From Eledone cirrhosa (Eukaryota): a DNA stretch of 64,000 nt. A program made the translations under genes and the position numbers. Every line of letters starts with the position of its first letter. The first letter of the stretch is position 1. Positions 11,812 to 22,012 of the stretch are shown here, one piece after another. Location: contig OZ024743.1 in NCBI GenBank assembly GCA_964016885.1, forward strand, positions 166,036,001 to 166,100,000. The letters run 5' to 3'. The notes under the pieces are model-generated. The model was not told the DNA's origin and made no database searches. It saw only the letters and a program-made list of their open reading frames with translations.

Positions 11812-13700
11812 TGTTCTGGCAGACCATCCGCCGATTTCGTAATAAGAAGCCCTCCTCCACACTTGCTATCAAGAACGAGTCTGAGAGGTGCATCCTCGCA
11901 AGGTGGAGAAAATATTTTGCTGATCTCCTAAACCCGATCACAACAGCATCTTCTCATGTACATGTGGTGCATCTGGAAGCGATGACGAATCTCTCAGAGG
12001 CTTGGGTTACAAGAGCAGTTAAAGAGCTCAAATGTGGCAAAGCCGCTGGGGAAGATGAAATTCGGTCTGAGATTTTAAAAGTTTAAAAGCTTTAATTAGA
12101 GAAGGTATTCTCTGGCTGACCCGTGTGTGCTGGGTGGGCTGGATCTCTGGAAAGGCACATAAGCAATGGCAATCGGGAATGATAATCCCAATTTTCAAAA
12201 AGGGAGACAAGAGATCGTTCCAATTACAGAAGGATCCCCTTGTTAAGTCTCTCCAGTTAAGTCTATGCTAAGTATCTGGCAAAGAGATGCAGGGAGATTG
12301 TCGAGTCCAAGCTAGCTGATGAACAGTGTAGTTTTCGCTCCGGACTCAATACAGCCGATCAAATATTCACACTGCGGCAGCTATTCGAGAAATCGTGAGA
12401 GTATTGCCTAGAAGTATATTCTTGTTTTATCGACTTGACAAAGCATACGACCGCTTTCCTCGGGACCTGCTGTGGAAGACTGTGCAAGAGAATGGGATTG
12501 ATGGTCAGCTTCTTGCTACCCTGATGTCTCTATACGAATGCCCAAATATTTGTGTTCGGATAAATGGTCCTAAATCGAAATTACTCAATGTTGGAGTCGG
12601 ATTTCACAAAGGGTGCGCACTGTCACCACTCCTGTTCATTATTTACATAGGGCGGTGAATTGGCAGTATCGGTAGAGGGTTGAACGCCATGCTTTCTAGC
12701 ATAGTTACGTCCCTTTACAGTCTGAGTTCAAATCCCGCCGAGGTTAACTTTGCCTTTCATCCTTATGGAGTCGATAAAATAAAGTACCAGTAATGTACTG
12801 GGTAATTGCTGGCCTTGTGCCTAAAGTAGAAACAATTATTTACATGAACAGGATTGACATCCGCAACCGGTTTAGAAGTGGTATCATGATTGGCAAGTGT
12901 AAAATCAGCCGGCTGGAATTTGCAGACAACATGGTGTTACTTAACTTGACGGAAGATGATCTTCAACTTGCACTTGATAGGCTTGATGCCGAGTGCTGCA
13001 TGGCTGGAATGAAAATCAGTGCTGCAAAAGCTGAAACCCCTCAAGAAATCCTGCGCAGTGCACGCTACGTTTGAATGGACTTCCACTGAAACAGGTAGAG
13101 AAGTTCAAGTATCTTGGGGCTATGTTCACAAGTGATGGAAGGCAAGAGGCCGAATTAAATGCAAGAATTGCAAAAGCTGGTGCAGCAATACGCCAGCTTT
13201 AGCATTCAGTAATCAGAAGAGAGGTAGGTAGGCGAAAAAGCCAAACTCGCTGTCTTCAATTCAGTTTTCATGTCAACCCTTACTAATGGTCATGAATCTT
13301 GGGTAATGACTGAAAGAATACAATCGCGAATACAAGCAGCAGAAAGGGTCTTTAGAGTAATTTTACTCGATAAAGTGCGTAGCTCGGAAATCAGAGAGTC
13401 ACTCCTGGTAGAGCCGCTACTTCACCGAATTGAAAGATCACAGCTTCGATACTATGGACATGTGGTGGTTAGAATATCTCAGGAAAGAATCACTGGACAG
13501 ATTTTACGGTCAAAACCAACCGGCAGGAGACCCAGAGGTAGTCCCCGAGCAAGATGGTTGGATAACATCCATGAGCTTGGCTGGTCGCGTTTGGGGATCC
13601 GTCCGATCAGTTGGAGACGGTTGCTTTTGACAGGACCTGCTGGAAGGAGTGTTTGGGGACTCTGCCCCAAAACTCAAGGGGGGGAGAAGGATAATAATAA
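11812..13700 (+). mobile_element. RTE-like LINE, RT-bearing 3' part, decayed
   Basis: GKAAGEDEI, PIFKKGD, DKAYDR, GCALSPLLF, EFADN, SQLRYYGHV, GRRPRGSPRARWLD; ends in an (AAG)n tail. Confidence 0.88.
12650..12834 (+). mobile_element. SINE family A inserted in the RTE RT region
   Basis: TSD ATTATTTACAT at 12638-12648 and 12835-12845. Confidence 0.9.
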
Positions 13701-13731
<31 letters not shown>

Positions 13732-13804
13732 AAGAAGAAGAAGAAGAAGAAGAAGAAGAAGAAGAAGAAGAAGAAGAAGAAGAAGAAGAAGAAGAAGAAG
13801 AAGA
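13690..13804. repeat. (ATA)4 followed by (AAG)~34 tract (RTE tail)
   Basis: Direct reading. Confidence 0.95.
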
Positions 13805-13856
13805 ATGGTAGCATCATTACCCTTGATTCGGTCTTTCATTATCAGAACTGAGGTAC

Positions 13857-15932
13857 CTTGACAAAAGGTACCACAGTTCTGGTAATGAAAGACCGAATCA
13901 AGGGTAATGATGTTACCAACTATAGACCTATCACATGTATGTCTGTAATGTGGAAACTGTTGACAAGCATTATGTCTGAGGAAATCTACCATCACCTCCA
14001 CACAAACAACTTGTTACCGGACGAACAGAAAGGATGACGAAAGAAGTCACGTGGTACAAAGGACCAGTTACTTATTGATAAGATGGTAATGAGGAACTGC
14101 AAGAGGAGACACACTGGTCTTGCCATGGGATGGATAGACTACAAAAAGGCATTTGACATGGTACCTCATTCTTGGATAACCAAAAGCCTGGAGATCTTCA
14201 AGGTGGCAGACAACATCAGACAGCTATTAAGTAAAAGTATGAAGTCCTGGGAAACAGAGTTAACATCAGCTGGAGAATCCTTGGGAAGCGTGAAGATCAA
14301 GAGAGGCATCTTCCAGGGAGATAGTCTGTCCCCTCTGATGCCCCTGACCAGTATACTGCGAAAAGTGAGAGCAGGATACAGGTTGGGAAAGGGAGGGCTT
14401 ACCATCAATCACCTCCTCTTCATGGACGATCTTAAGCTCTTCGGGAAGAGTGAGAAGGAGTTGGATGTGCTTGTTGACACTGTCCGTATTTTCAGCAATG
14501 ATATATGTATGCAATTTGGTATTAGTAAGTGTGGAGTCCTTGTGATGAAGAGGAGTAAATTGAGCAGAAGTAATGGAATCCAGGTACTAACAGGTGAGAT
14601 GATAAAGGAAATTGACACTGAAGAAGGATACAAGTATTTGGGTGTTCTGGAGGCTGATGACATCAAGAACAAAAAAATGAAGGAATTGTTAAGAACTGAA
14701 TACATTCGGAGAGTAAGGAGCGTATTAAAGTCACATCTGAACAGTAGGAATGCCATAAGTGCAGTAAATTCCCGAGCTGTGTCTATTATTAGGTACAGTG
14801 CGGGAATTCTGAGATGGAATGTTGCTGAACAAAAAGAAATGGATAGGAAGACTAGGAAGCTATTGACTATCTACAACATGTTCCACAAGAGGAGTGATGT
14901 CGATAGACACTACTTAAGGAGATCTGAAGGGGGAAGAGGTCTTATCAGCATAGAGGACTGTGTTCAGATGGAGAAAAACAACCTACACAAATACGTTACT
15001 GATAGTAAGGAGCCAATGCTCAGAACTGTACTGAAGGAGAGGACAATAGATCAGGGGATGTCCAAGGAGGAAATAACATCAAGGAGAAAGAGCAGCCTTC
15101 AGGAAAAATCCCTTCATAGTACCTTCTTTGAGAAAACTGAATTCAGAGATCCACAGACATGGAACTGGTTGAAAAGAGGAGACCTTAAAAAGGCAACAGA
15201 AGGAATGTTAATGGCTGCGCAAGAGCAGGCCCTCAAAACGAAGTGGTTGAAACACCATATTTACAAGGAGGAGGCTAGCCCACTGTGCAGGATCTGTGGA
15301 GAGAGAGAGGAGACTGTGGCTCACATTGTATCCGAGTGTAAACACCTAGCCCAGACTCACTATAAGGGCTGGAGACATGATGTGATGGGCAGGGTGATCC
15401 ACTGGCACCTATGCAAAGTAAACAATTTACCACATTCTGAGAAGTGGTATGAGCATAAGCCAGAGTCGGTGATAGAAAACGATCAGGTGAAGGTGCTGTG
15501 GGATTTTAGGATACAGACGGACAAGAAACTGGAACACAATAGACCTGACCTGGTGGTTGTGGACAAAGAAAAAAGATCGTGCCTGATTGTGGATGTGGCC
15601 TGCCCATTCGACACGAGAGTGCAAGAGAAGGAGAGGGAGAAAATTAACCGATACCAGGACTTAAAGTGGGAGGTAAAAAGGATTTAGAACTGCCATGAAG
15701 TTAAAGTGGTCCCGATTCTCATAGGCGCACTAGGTACTATCTCAAAAAGTTTCCAGGGATGGTTAAAGAAAATTGGCCCCTTCACGCTTTTTGGAACGCT
15801 TCAAAAGGCATGCTTGCTGGGAACAGCAAGAACCCTCCGATACGTCCTGAATATCTGAGGCTGCAGGTAGTGGCTTGATATTCATTTCAACAAACTTTCC
15901 AGTTAACTAACATCAATGACTGAGACTCAAAG
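13857..15932 (+). mobile_element. R4/Dong-like non-LTR retrotransposon, 5'-truncated (RT, CCHC, restriction-like endonuclease)
   Basis: [88 protein letters not shown]; 3' end abuts (AAT)9. Confidence 0.85.
14083..15687 (+). pseudogene. Open segment of R4/Dong RT-RLE ORF; premature stops at ~14036 and 15685, original stop ~15858
   Basis: 534-aa ORF; homology continues in frame across both stops. Confidence 0.8.
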
Positions 15933-16218
15933 AATAATAATAATAATAATAATAATAATGATTTCATTTATTGGCCACAAGGGCCGACATATAGGGGACA
16001 ACACAATAGACAGGGACAGTGGGGGTTTACATAGAGATCGAGTAAGTATAAATAACAAAAAAACAAAAACAAAATAACAATAAAAATACAACAATGAAAG
16101 TTCCCCAATAAGAGGGATCACCACCCAGGGTTGACTCAAGCACCCCACCAGTCCTGAGCCACCCGACGCTCCTAGGGCACCCGGGAAGGGCACCCCTCTC
16201 CTTCTCGAATTCACCAGC

Positions 16219-19200
16219 CTACAGGCGCATGATCAGAGTAGGCCCACTCACGCGGGCCATTCTCGCCACATTCACCCACCTTTCAGTAAATGTACTGGGG
16301 GGCAGCACTTCTCTCTCCACCCTCACCTTCCTTTCCAAGTGAAACTTGAAGAAGTTGATGAGGGATTGGCCGAAGAGAAAAGTGTCTGTCTTCAGTCCTT
16401 TCAACCTGGTCCACCATGCAACCTCTTTCGCTACTGCCACCAGGCAGAGGAAAATTGCCTGCCCTTCCTGACCAAAAGAAGGCGGCGGGTCAATCTTCAC
16501 TATGGACTCGGACGATAGCCGGATCCGTTCTACACGCGACAATAGCTGTTCGACATAACCCCACAAGTCAGCAATGCACGGACACTGGACGAGTGCGTGC
16601 AGAACGGTTTCGTCGCTCTGCGCGCATCTCGGGCAGGTTCGTCTGACAGCACTTCCGTGCCTGTAGAGTTTATCCCGAACCGGCAGCGCCCCCCGGTAGC
16701 ACTGCCAAGCGAGGGATTTCTGGAAGTTATCCATCGTCCCCGGCTCGAAAGTCCTCCGGAACATACTGGTCAGTTCTACTTCGTTGACGCCCAGAGCCTC
16801 TCCTAGTACGTCATCGCACTTGCCCTCCACTAATCCTCTATAGAAATCTTGAGTGGAAGTTCCACTGACCGCATTGCCCACCTTGCAGAGTGCAGTGAGC
16901 GCCTGGCAACATTCCAGATGCCAGTCGCCCAGTCTCGGTCTCTTCTTGACCCAGGACTGCAGCTCAGTCAAAGAGATGAGCTGCGGAAAGGCCCGTCTAA
17001 CAAACGGCGACCACACCTGTTCACCGTTTAGGCAAAATATCTGGAGATGTCGCAGCCTCAGCGCATGTCTGCGCATCATTAGCCACGGCATGCCCAGCCC
17101 TCCACGAAGAGGGTGCTGGCAGCAGATGGACCGCCTCACCAACGGGACCCGTCCCCTCCACAAAAATTTGAAAAGGAGCCGTTCCAAAATGGCGAGGCGT
17201 GGACGGGGGCAAGGCACGACGGTCAGGCGGTAGTAGATGACGGACGCGATGTACGCGTTCGCCACCTCCGCCCGCCCTTTCAGTGATAGCTTTCTCTCAG
17301 CCCATTTCTGGGTGAGGTTGGCTATCCTGCTCGTCACCTCGTCCCAATTCTTATCCACCTGGAGGTCTGGTCCGAACCAAACCCCGAGCAACTTTACCGG
17401 TCCGTCTGTCCAGCGCCCAACGACGCTGTTGGACGGCATGGACTTGCCTCTCCAGGTGCCGAGCTGCAAGCCCACCGACTTTTCCGGGTTAAGTTTTGCT
17501 CCCGTCAACCTTTCATATTCCTCCAAATGGGTGCGGATCACCTCGATTTCCGAGGTGTCCGACACCATCACGGTGATGTCGTCCGCATAAGCGGACGCAG
17601 CCTTTCTACGTCCCGGTTCGAGCGGGATGCCCTGCAACAACTCCAGCTTCCGCAGTAGAGGCTCAAGAGTCAATACGTACAGAAGTGAGGAGAGAGGGCA
17701 CCCTTGACGGACCGATCGAGAGATCTGAAACGGTTCCGAGAGGTGGCCATTAACTTTGACCACCGAGCGGATGCCGCTGTACATTGCAGCGATCCAGCTT
17801 CTGAAGACGGGGCCGAAGCCAGCCGCCTCGAGGACAGCCTCCAAGTACCGATGGTCGACCCTATCGAATGCTTTCGATTGATCTAAATTGATCAGAGCCC
17901 CACCGAAGCCAGGTTTGCACCCAACCCTCTCTATGATGTATCGCATGAGGTGGAGGTTGTCGTGTATGGACCTGGTCGGGATTGCGCAAGTTTGCGCCTC
18001 CCCAACCAAATCTTTGACGACAAGCGCCAACCTTTTCGCTAACACCTTGGCCAAAATCTTAAACTCTGTGTTGAGCAGGGTTATGGGCCTGAAATTATCT
18101 AGTGTGTCCCTCTTGTTCTCGTCTTTCCTTATCAGCGTCACTACGCCACGGCTCACAGAACTGGGAATGCTCCCGTTCTGCTGCCAGTTGCAGTAGAGCG
18201 CTTCGAGGAGATCGGAGAACAAGTCTGGCATATTTACGTAAAGCTCGTAGGGCAGACCATCCAAACCGGGTGACTTGCGACTCGAGCAGCCGACAAGGGC
18301 GTCCTGAATTTCGGCTGATGTTATCGGCTCTTCGCAGCGCTCAGCGTCGGCCGTCGAGAGGCGTGGCAAGCCGTCGAGGTAGGGACTGAAGTCCGCCGCC
18401 GTCTCCGACTCACCCATCCTCCCGAACAATCGAGCAAAGTGCTGGCGAAAGGCCTCACACATCTGCTTGGAATCGCTCAGTTCGTGTCCATCTCGATCCG
18501 TCAAAGACCGAATTGTGGTTTTATTTCCACGCTGCGTCTCTGCAAAGCGAGCCCATCGGGCAGCTTTGGTTCCCTCGTTCCTCAGAGCACGCGCCTTAGC
18601 TCTGACAATGCAACCTTCGTGTTTCGCATTGAAGAAATGGTCTAGTGCCATTCTCGCCGCTAGCACGTCTGTTGCAATGCCACTACAAATAGCCTCGTCT
18701 AACATAGCTATCAGCCCCTCCTCCTTTCTATTTTTCTCTATTGCTACTTCTTTGCTAAATCCTATCGAGGTTGCTCTAATCTCTCTTTTGAGTGCCCCCC
18801 ACCACCTGTTGTTGACAACCCCCCCTGTCAACATTTGCTTAACTAAGTTGTTGACCCGGTCCCTGTAAGCTTTACGTGCCGGAAACGACATGTTTAGCTT
18901 CCAGTAGCTAGGTCCTAACCTACGTGTCTTATCTAGGTCGACCATACAGATCACAAGCTTGTGATCTGAATAGGCAACCGTTTTAAAATGTGGACATCCT
19001 ACACTATTTCTATCTCTTTTCCTAATGAAAATCCTATCTATGTACGATCTAGATGACCCTATGCGATTGGTCCAGGTCCATACTGGCGCATTAGGGAAAT
19101 CTAGTCGGTACCTGTCAGACAGTTGAAACTGGCTGATCAGGTACTTGAGGCTTTTGCACCCCCCGCTCCTATCAGATACTCCCACACAATCCCAGCGTGC

Positions 19201-19638
19201 TTCTAAGATGCCATTCCAATCCCCTATTAACAGTAAAGGGCGAGACGTAAGCAGAAAGTTTTCCAGGCGCCTAAAGAAGTCCGGCCGACCGGCCCCAGTA
19301 GGGGCGTAGACGGCCACCAGTCTAAAGGCACCACCTTCGCTATTGCTCACGTCCAGGACCACCAACTTTCCGTCAGGATCCCGGAAGATTGACCTTACCT
19401 CGAGATCCAGACATTTCCTAAACAGCACAGCCACTCCACCTCCCATTCCCGGCCGACTAACAGATGCAAAGATCTGATAATCGTCGAAAATCGGCGCCAG
19501 TGCGCGTGTGTCGGAAATTCTGGTCTCGCTGATGGCAATTACATCCATTCCTAGTGACCTGAGGTCGTTGAGCAAGTGACCTTGCTTCCAGGGCGACCCC
19601 AGGCCACGAACATTTAAACTTCCTACTCTTATGGCCAT
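16219..19638 (-). CDS. ORF2: APE endonuclease - reverse transcriptase - C-terminal zinc finger (1139 aa), intact
   Basis: SLNVRGL, SET, VYAP, GDWN, YIDRIF, SDH; KSPGLDG, FRPITLLN, DQSKAFDRVDH, VRQGCPLS, YADD; CPRC..ETVLHALVQC. Confidence 0.95.
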   Translation of the reverse strand: MAIRVGSLNVRGLGSPWKQGHLLNDLRSLGMDVIAISETRISDTRALAPIFDDYQIFASVSRPGMGGGVAVLFRKCLDLEVRSIFRDPDGKLVVLDVSNSEGGAFRLVAVYAPTGAGRPDFFRRLENFLLTSRPLLLIGDWNGILEARWDCVGVSDRSGGCKSLKYLISQFQLSDRYRLDFPNAPVWTWTNRIGSSRSYIDRIFIRKRDRNSVGCPHFKTVAYSDHKLVICMVDLDKTRRLGPSYWKLNMSFPARKAYRDRVNNLVKQMLTGGVVNNRWWGALKREIRATSIGFSKEVAIEKNRKEEGLIAMLDEAICSGIATDVLAARMALDHFFNAKHEGCIVRAKARALRNEGTKAARWARFAETQRGNKTTIRSLTDRDGHELSDSKQMCEAFRQHFARLFGRMGESETAADFSPYLDGLPRLSTADAERCEEPITSAEIQDALVGCSSRKSPGLDGLPYELYVNMPDLFSDLLEALYCNWQQNGSIPSSVSRGVVTLIRKDENKRDTLDNFRPITLLNTEFKILAKVLAKRLALVVKDLVGEAQTCAIPTRSIHDNLHLMRYIIERVGCKPGFGGALINLDQSKAFDRVDHRYLEAVLEAAGFGPVFRSWIAAMYSGIRSVVKVNGHLSEPFQISRSVRQGCPLSSLLYVLTLEPLLRKLELLQGIPLEPGRRKAASAYADDITVMVSDTSEIEVIRTHLEEYERLTGAKLNPEKSVGLQLGTWRGKSMPSNSVVGRWTDGPVKLLGVWFGPDLQVDKNWDEVTSRIANLTQKWAERKLSLKGRAEVANAYIASVIYYRLTVVPCPRPRLAILERLLFKFLWRGRVPLVRRSICCQHPLRGGLGMPWLMMRRHALRLRHLQIFCLNGEQVWSPFVRRAFPQLISLTELQSWVKKRPRLGDWHLECCQALTALCKVGNAVSGTSTQDFYRGLVEGKCDDVLGEALGVNEVELTSMFRRTFEPGTMDNFQKSLAWQCYRGALPVRDKLYRHGSAVRRTCPRCAQSDETVLHALVQCPCIADLWGYVEQLLSRVERIRLSSESIVKIDPPPSFGQEGQAIFLCLVAVAKEVAWWTRLKGLKTDTFLFGQSLINFFKFHLERKVRVEREVLPPSTFTERWVNVARMARVSGPTLIMRL

Positions 19639-19667
19639 GCTGGCAGGATGAATGGGAGAGGAAAGAT

Positions 19668-21531
19668 TTACTTACCTTCCGGGGTCTTGTGAAGGTCGGG
19701 TGGTTCGACCTCCATGGTTTGTGGGGTTTCTTTTGGGAACCCCTTTAATAGTCTTGACGTGGGTTTTACGTTCGGGGTTCCCACATCCCGAGGAAAGCTC
19801 TTTCGAATTTCTTTGTATGAAGCGAGCGACATTCGCATCAGAAGCAAATTATCTGGTACGCGAAATGTGCTCGCTTCAAATGTTTCCCCGTCTTTTTCGA
19901 TGTTTGTGCTTCGTGCTACATGGGCCATCAATTCCTTGTTGGCCCTTCTGGCAAGCACGAAGTTTTTAATGTTTTGTTGCTCGGGTTTTATTTGTTCGTG
20001 TGATTGTGGTGGTGATAGCTTTGTTAGTGTTGTTTCTATTGTGTCTGCGTTTGTTGTGGGTGGGGTGTCTGTAGTTTCTGATGTTTGTGTGTCTATTTGT
20101 TCTTGTGTCTGTTTAGCTTGTTTGCGTTTGGGGGATTTTGGTGGTTGTGTTGGTGATGCTGTGTGGAAAATGTTTGTGTGGGTGGTGTGTGTATTTTTTT
20201 TTGTGGGGGTGTTTGTGCTTTGTGGATTTCTTTTTTTTTTTGTGTTTTGTTTTTTGTATTTTGGGGGACTTTGGTTTTCCCTCATCTTCACTGCTGGAGG
20301 ATGAGGGGTCTGTGGCTGTGAGCGTGTTTGTGTCTGAGTGAGTGTTTATGTTCTTGTTCGTGTGTGTATTTTGGGGGGGAGGGGGAATGGGAGAGCTTTC
20401 CTCGTTTCCCCCCTGGGTGTGCAATTTTGGTGGTTCCATTGTTGACGGTGTTGCTGGTGGTCCTTGTCCCGGCGTCGCCAGCAGTGGAATCTTTCGACCC
20501 CTTGCGCTTTTCGGCAGTTGAGGGCAGAAGGCTCGCAAGTGTGTCGTTTCCCCACAAAGGAAACAATGCGGCCTTTTGCCCTCAGTCATTATATGCAACA
20601 CCCTCCCGTTTTGGAGGCGGATGTGGTCCGGGATTGTTTTTACGTTTTCGGGTCTGATTTGGAGCAGTATCTCCAGATCAACCCCGGACCAGTCGTCCCT
20701 GGCAGTTCTCGTTGCCTCTACCGGGACTGTATCCGTTCCTTCCACGATTACGCAACCCAGGAGCCACCACATATCAAGTCCTGGTGGAATCCTGGGAATG
20801 CGCACACGTGCTATTCGTTTTCCCATGTGGGAGGGGTACATTATGACCTTGCTGGTTTTGCAAGGGGTCATTGAATGCTTCACAGCGAGGGCTTCAGACT
20901 TGAACAGCACCGAAACGGTGCCGTATTGCCTGCCCCTCTCTATGAAGTCTGTGTCCTCTCTGATGTATTTCAGTGCGGCTTCTATGTCAGCTTGGGCGAT
21001 TATCGCTGCCCTCTTTGTCTCTACTGAGATGCATCTGAAATGCACCGTTCTTTTTTCCACTGCCTCAATGGCTTCTGCCGGGACAGTTAAGTTTGCCCAG
21101 GTCTGCTCTTGATTTATGATTTTCCAGGCCTGGGCCAACTTTTCCTCTCTGTTGGTTAAGTCGATGCTGTAGCATGGTCTCCTTTTAGCCGCTGCCACAG
21201 CAGCGAAAGTGTTCTTGTTGGTGTTGTCACTGTTGTTGTTCTTGTTGGTGTTGCTGCTGCTATTGCTGTTGTTGTTCTCCCCTGTGTCGTGGTTACCTTC
21301 TGTGCTGTTGGCCTTGTTGGTGCTCTCGCTATTACCACCTTCTGCGCTGTTCGGCTTGTTGGTGTTGGTGTTGTCGCTGTTACCACCTTCCGCGCCGCTC
21401 GGCCCGTTGGTGCTGGCACTGTCGCTGCTCACATTCGTGCTGGTGGCGCTCCTCGCCTCACCTCTCCTCTCAACGCTCAAGTCGCCGTTGCACGACAGCA
21501 GACCCGCCTCTAGGGGGCGTGGCTCCGCCAT
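19668..21531 (-). pseudogene. ORF1 copy 1, +1 frameshift in a T homopolymer near 20231-20241 and in-frame 48-bp shorter N-terminal repeat region
   Basis: Split into 472-aa and 207-aa frames versus the single 636-aa ORF in copies 2 and 3; could be a homopolymer sequencing error. Confidence 0.8.
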
Positions 21532-22012
21532 GTTTTTTTGAGAAAAAAATTATTATTTTTTTTTCAAAATAAAGTTCAAATATTTGGGCCAAAAGGCCCA
21601 AATATTATGAGTTATTCCTTCACAGGATACAAATTAATGTCTTATAATGCTTCAGCGGTACAAAAAATAAACAATTCTCTACAATTAATCCTCAAAAAAT
21701 TGCTTACTCACGGAGCTTCAAAAAACGTACATCCACTTTCGTCAATAATAATAATAATGATTTCATTTATTGGCCACAAGGGCCGACATATAGGGGACAA
21801 CACAATAGACAGGGACAGTGGGGGTTTACATAGAGATCGAGTAAGTATAAATAACAAGAAAAACAAAATAACAATAAAAATACAACAATGAAAGTTCCCC
21901 AATAAGAGGGATCACCACCCAGGGTTGACTCAAGCACCCCACCAGTCCTGAGCCACCCGAAGCTCCTAGGGCACCCGGGAAGGGCACCCCTCTCCTTCTC
22001 GAATTCACCAGC

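Larger units (their letters stand above)
15960..21743 (-). mobile_element. Tx1-like (L1-clade) non-LTR retrotransposon, full length, copy 1
   Basis: 5'UTR-ORF1-ORF2-3'UTR; flanked by (AAT)9 at 15933-15959 and (AAT)5 at 21744-21758. Confidence 0.93.
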
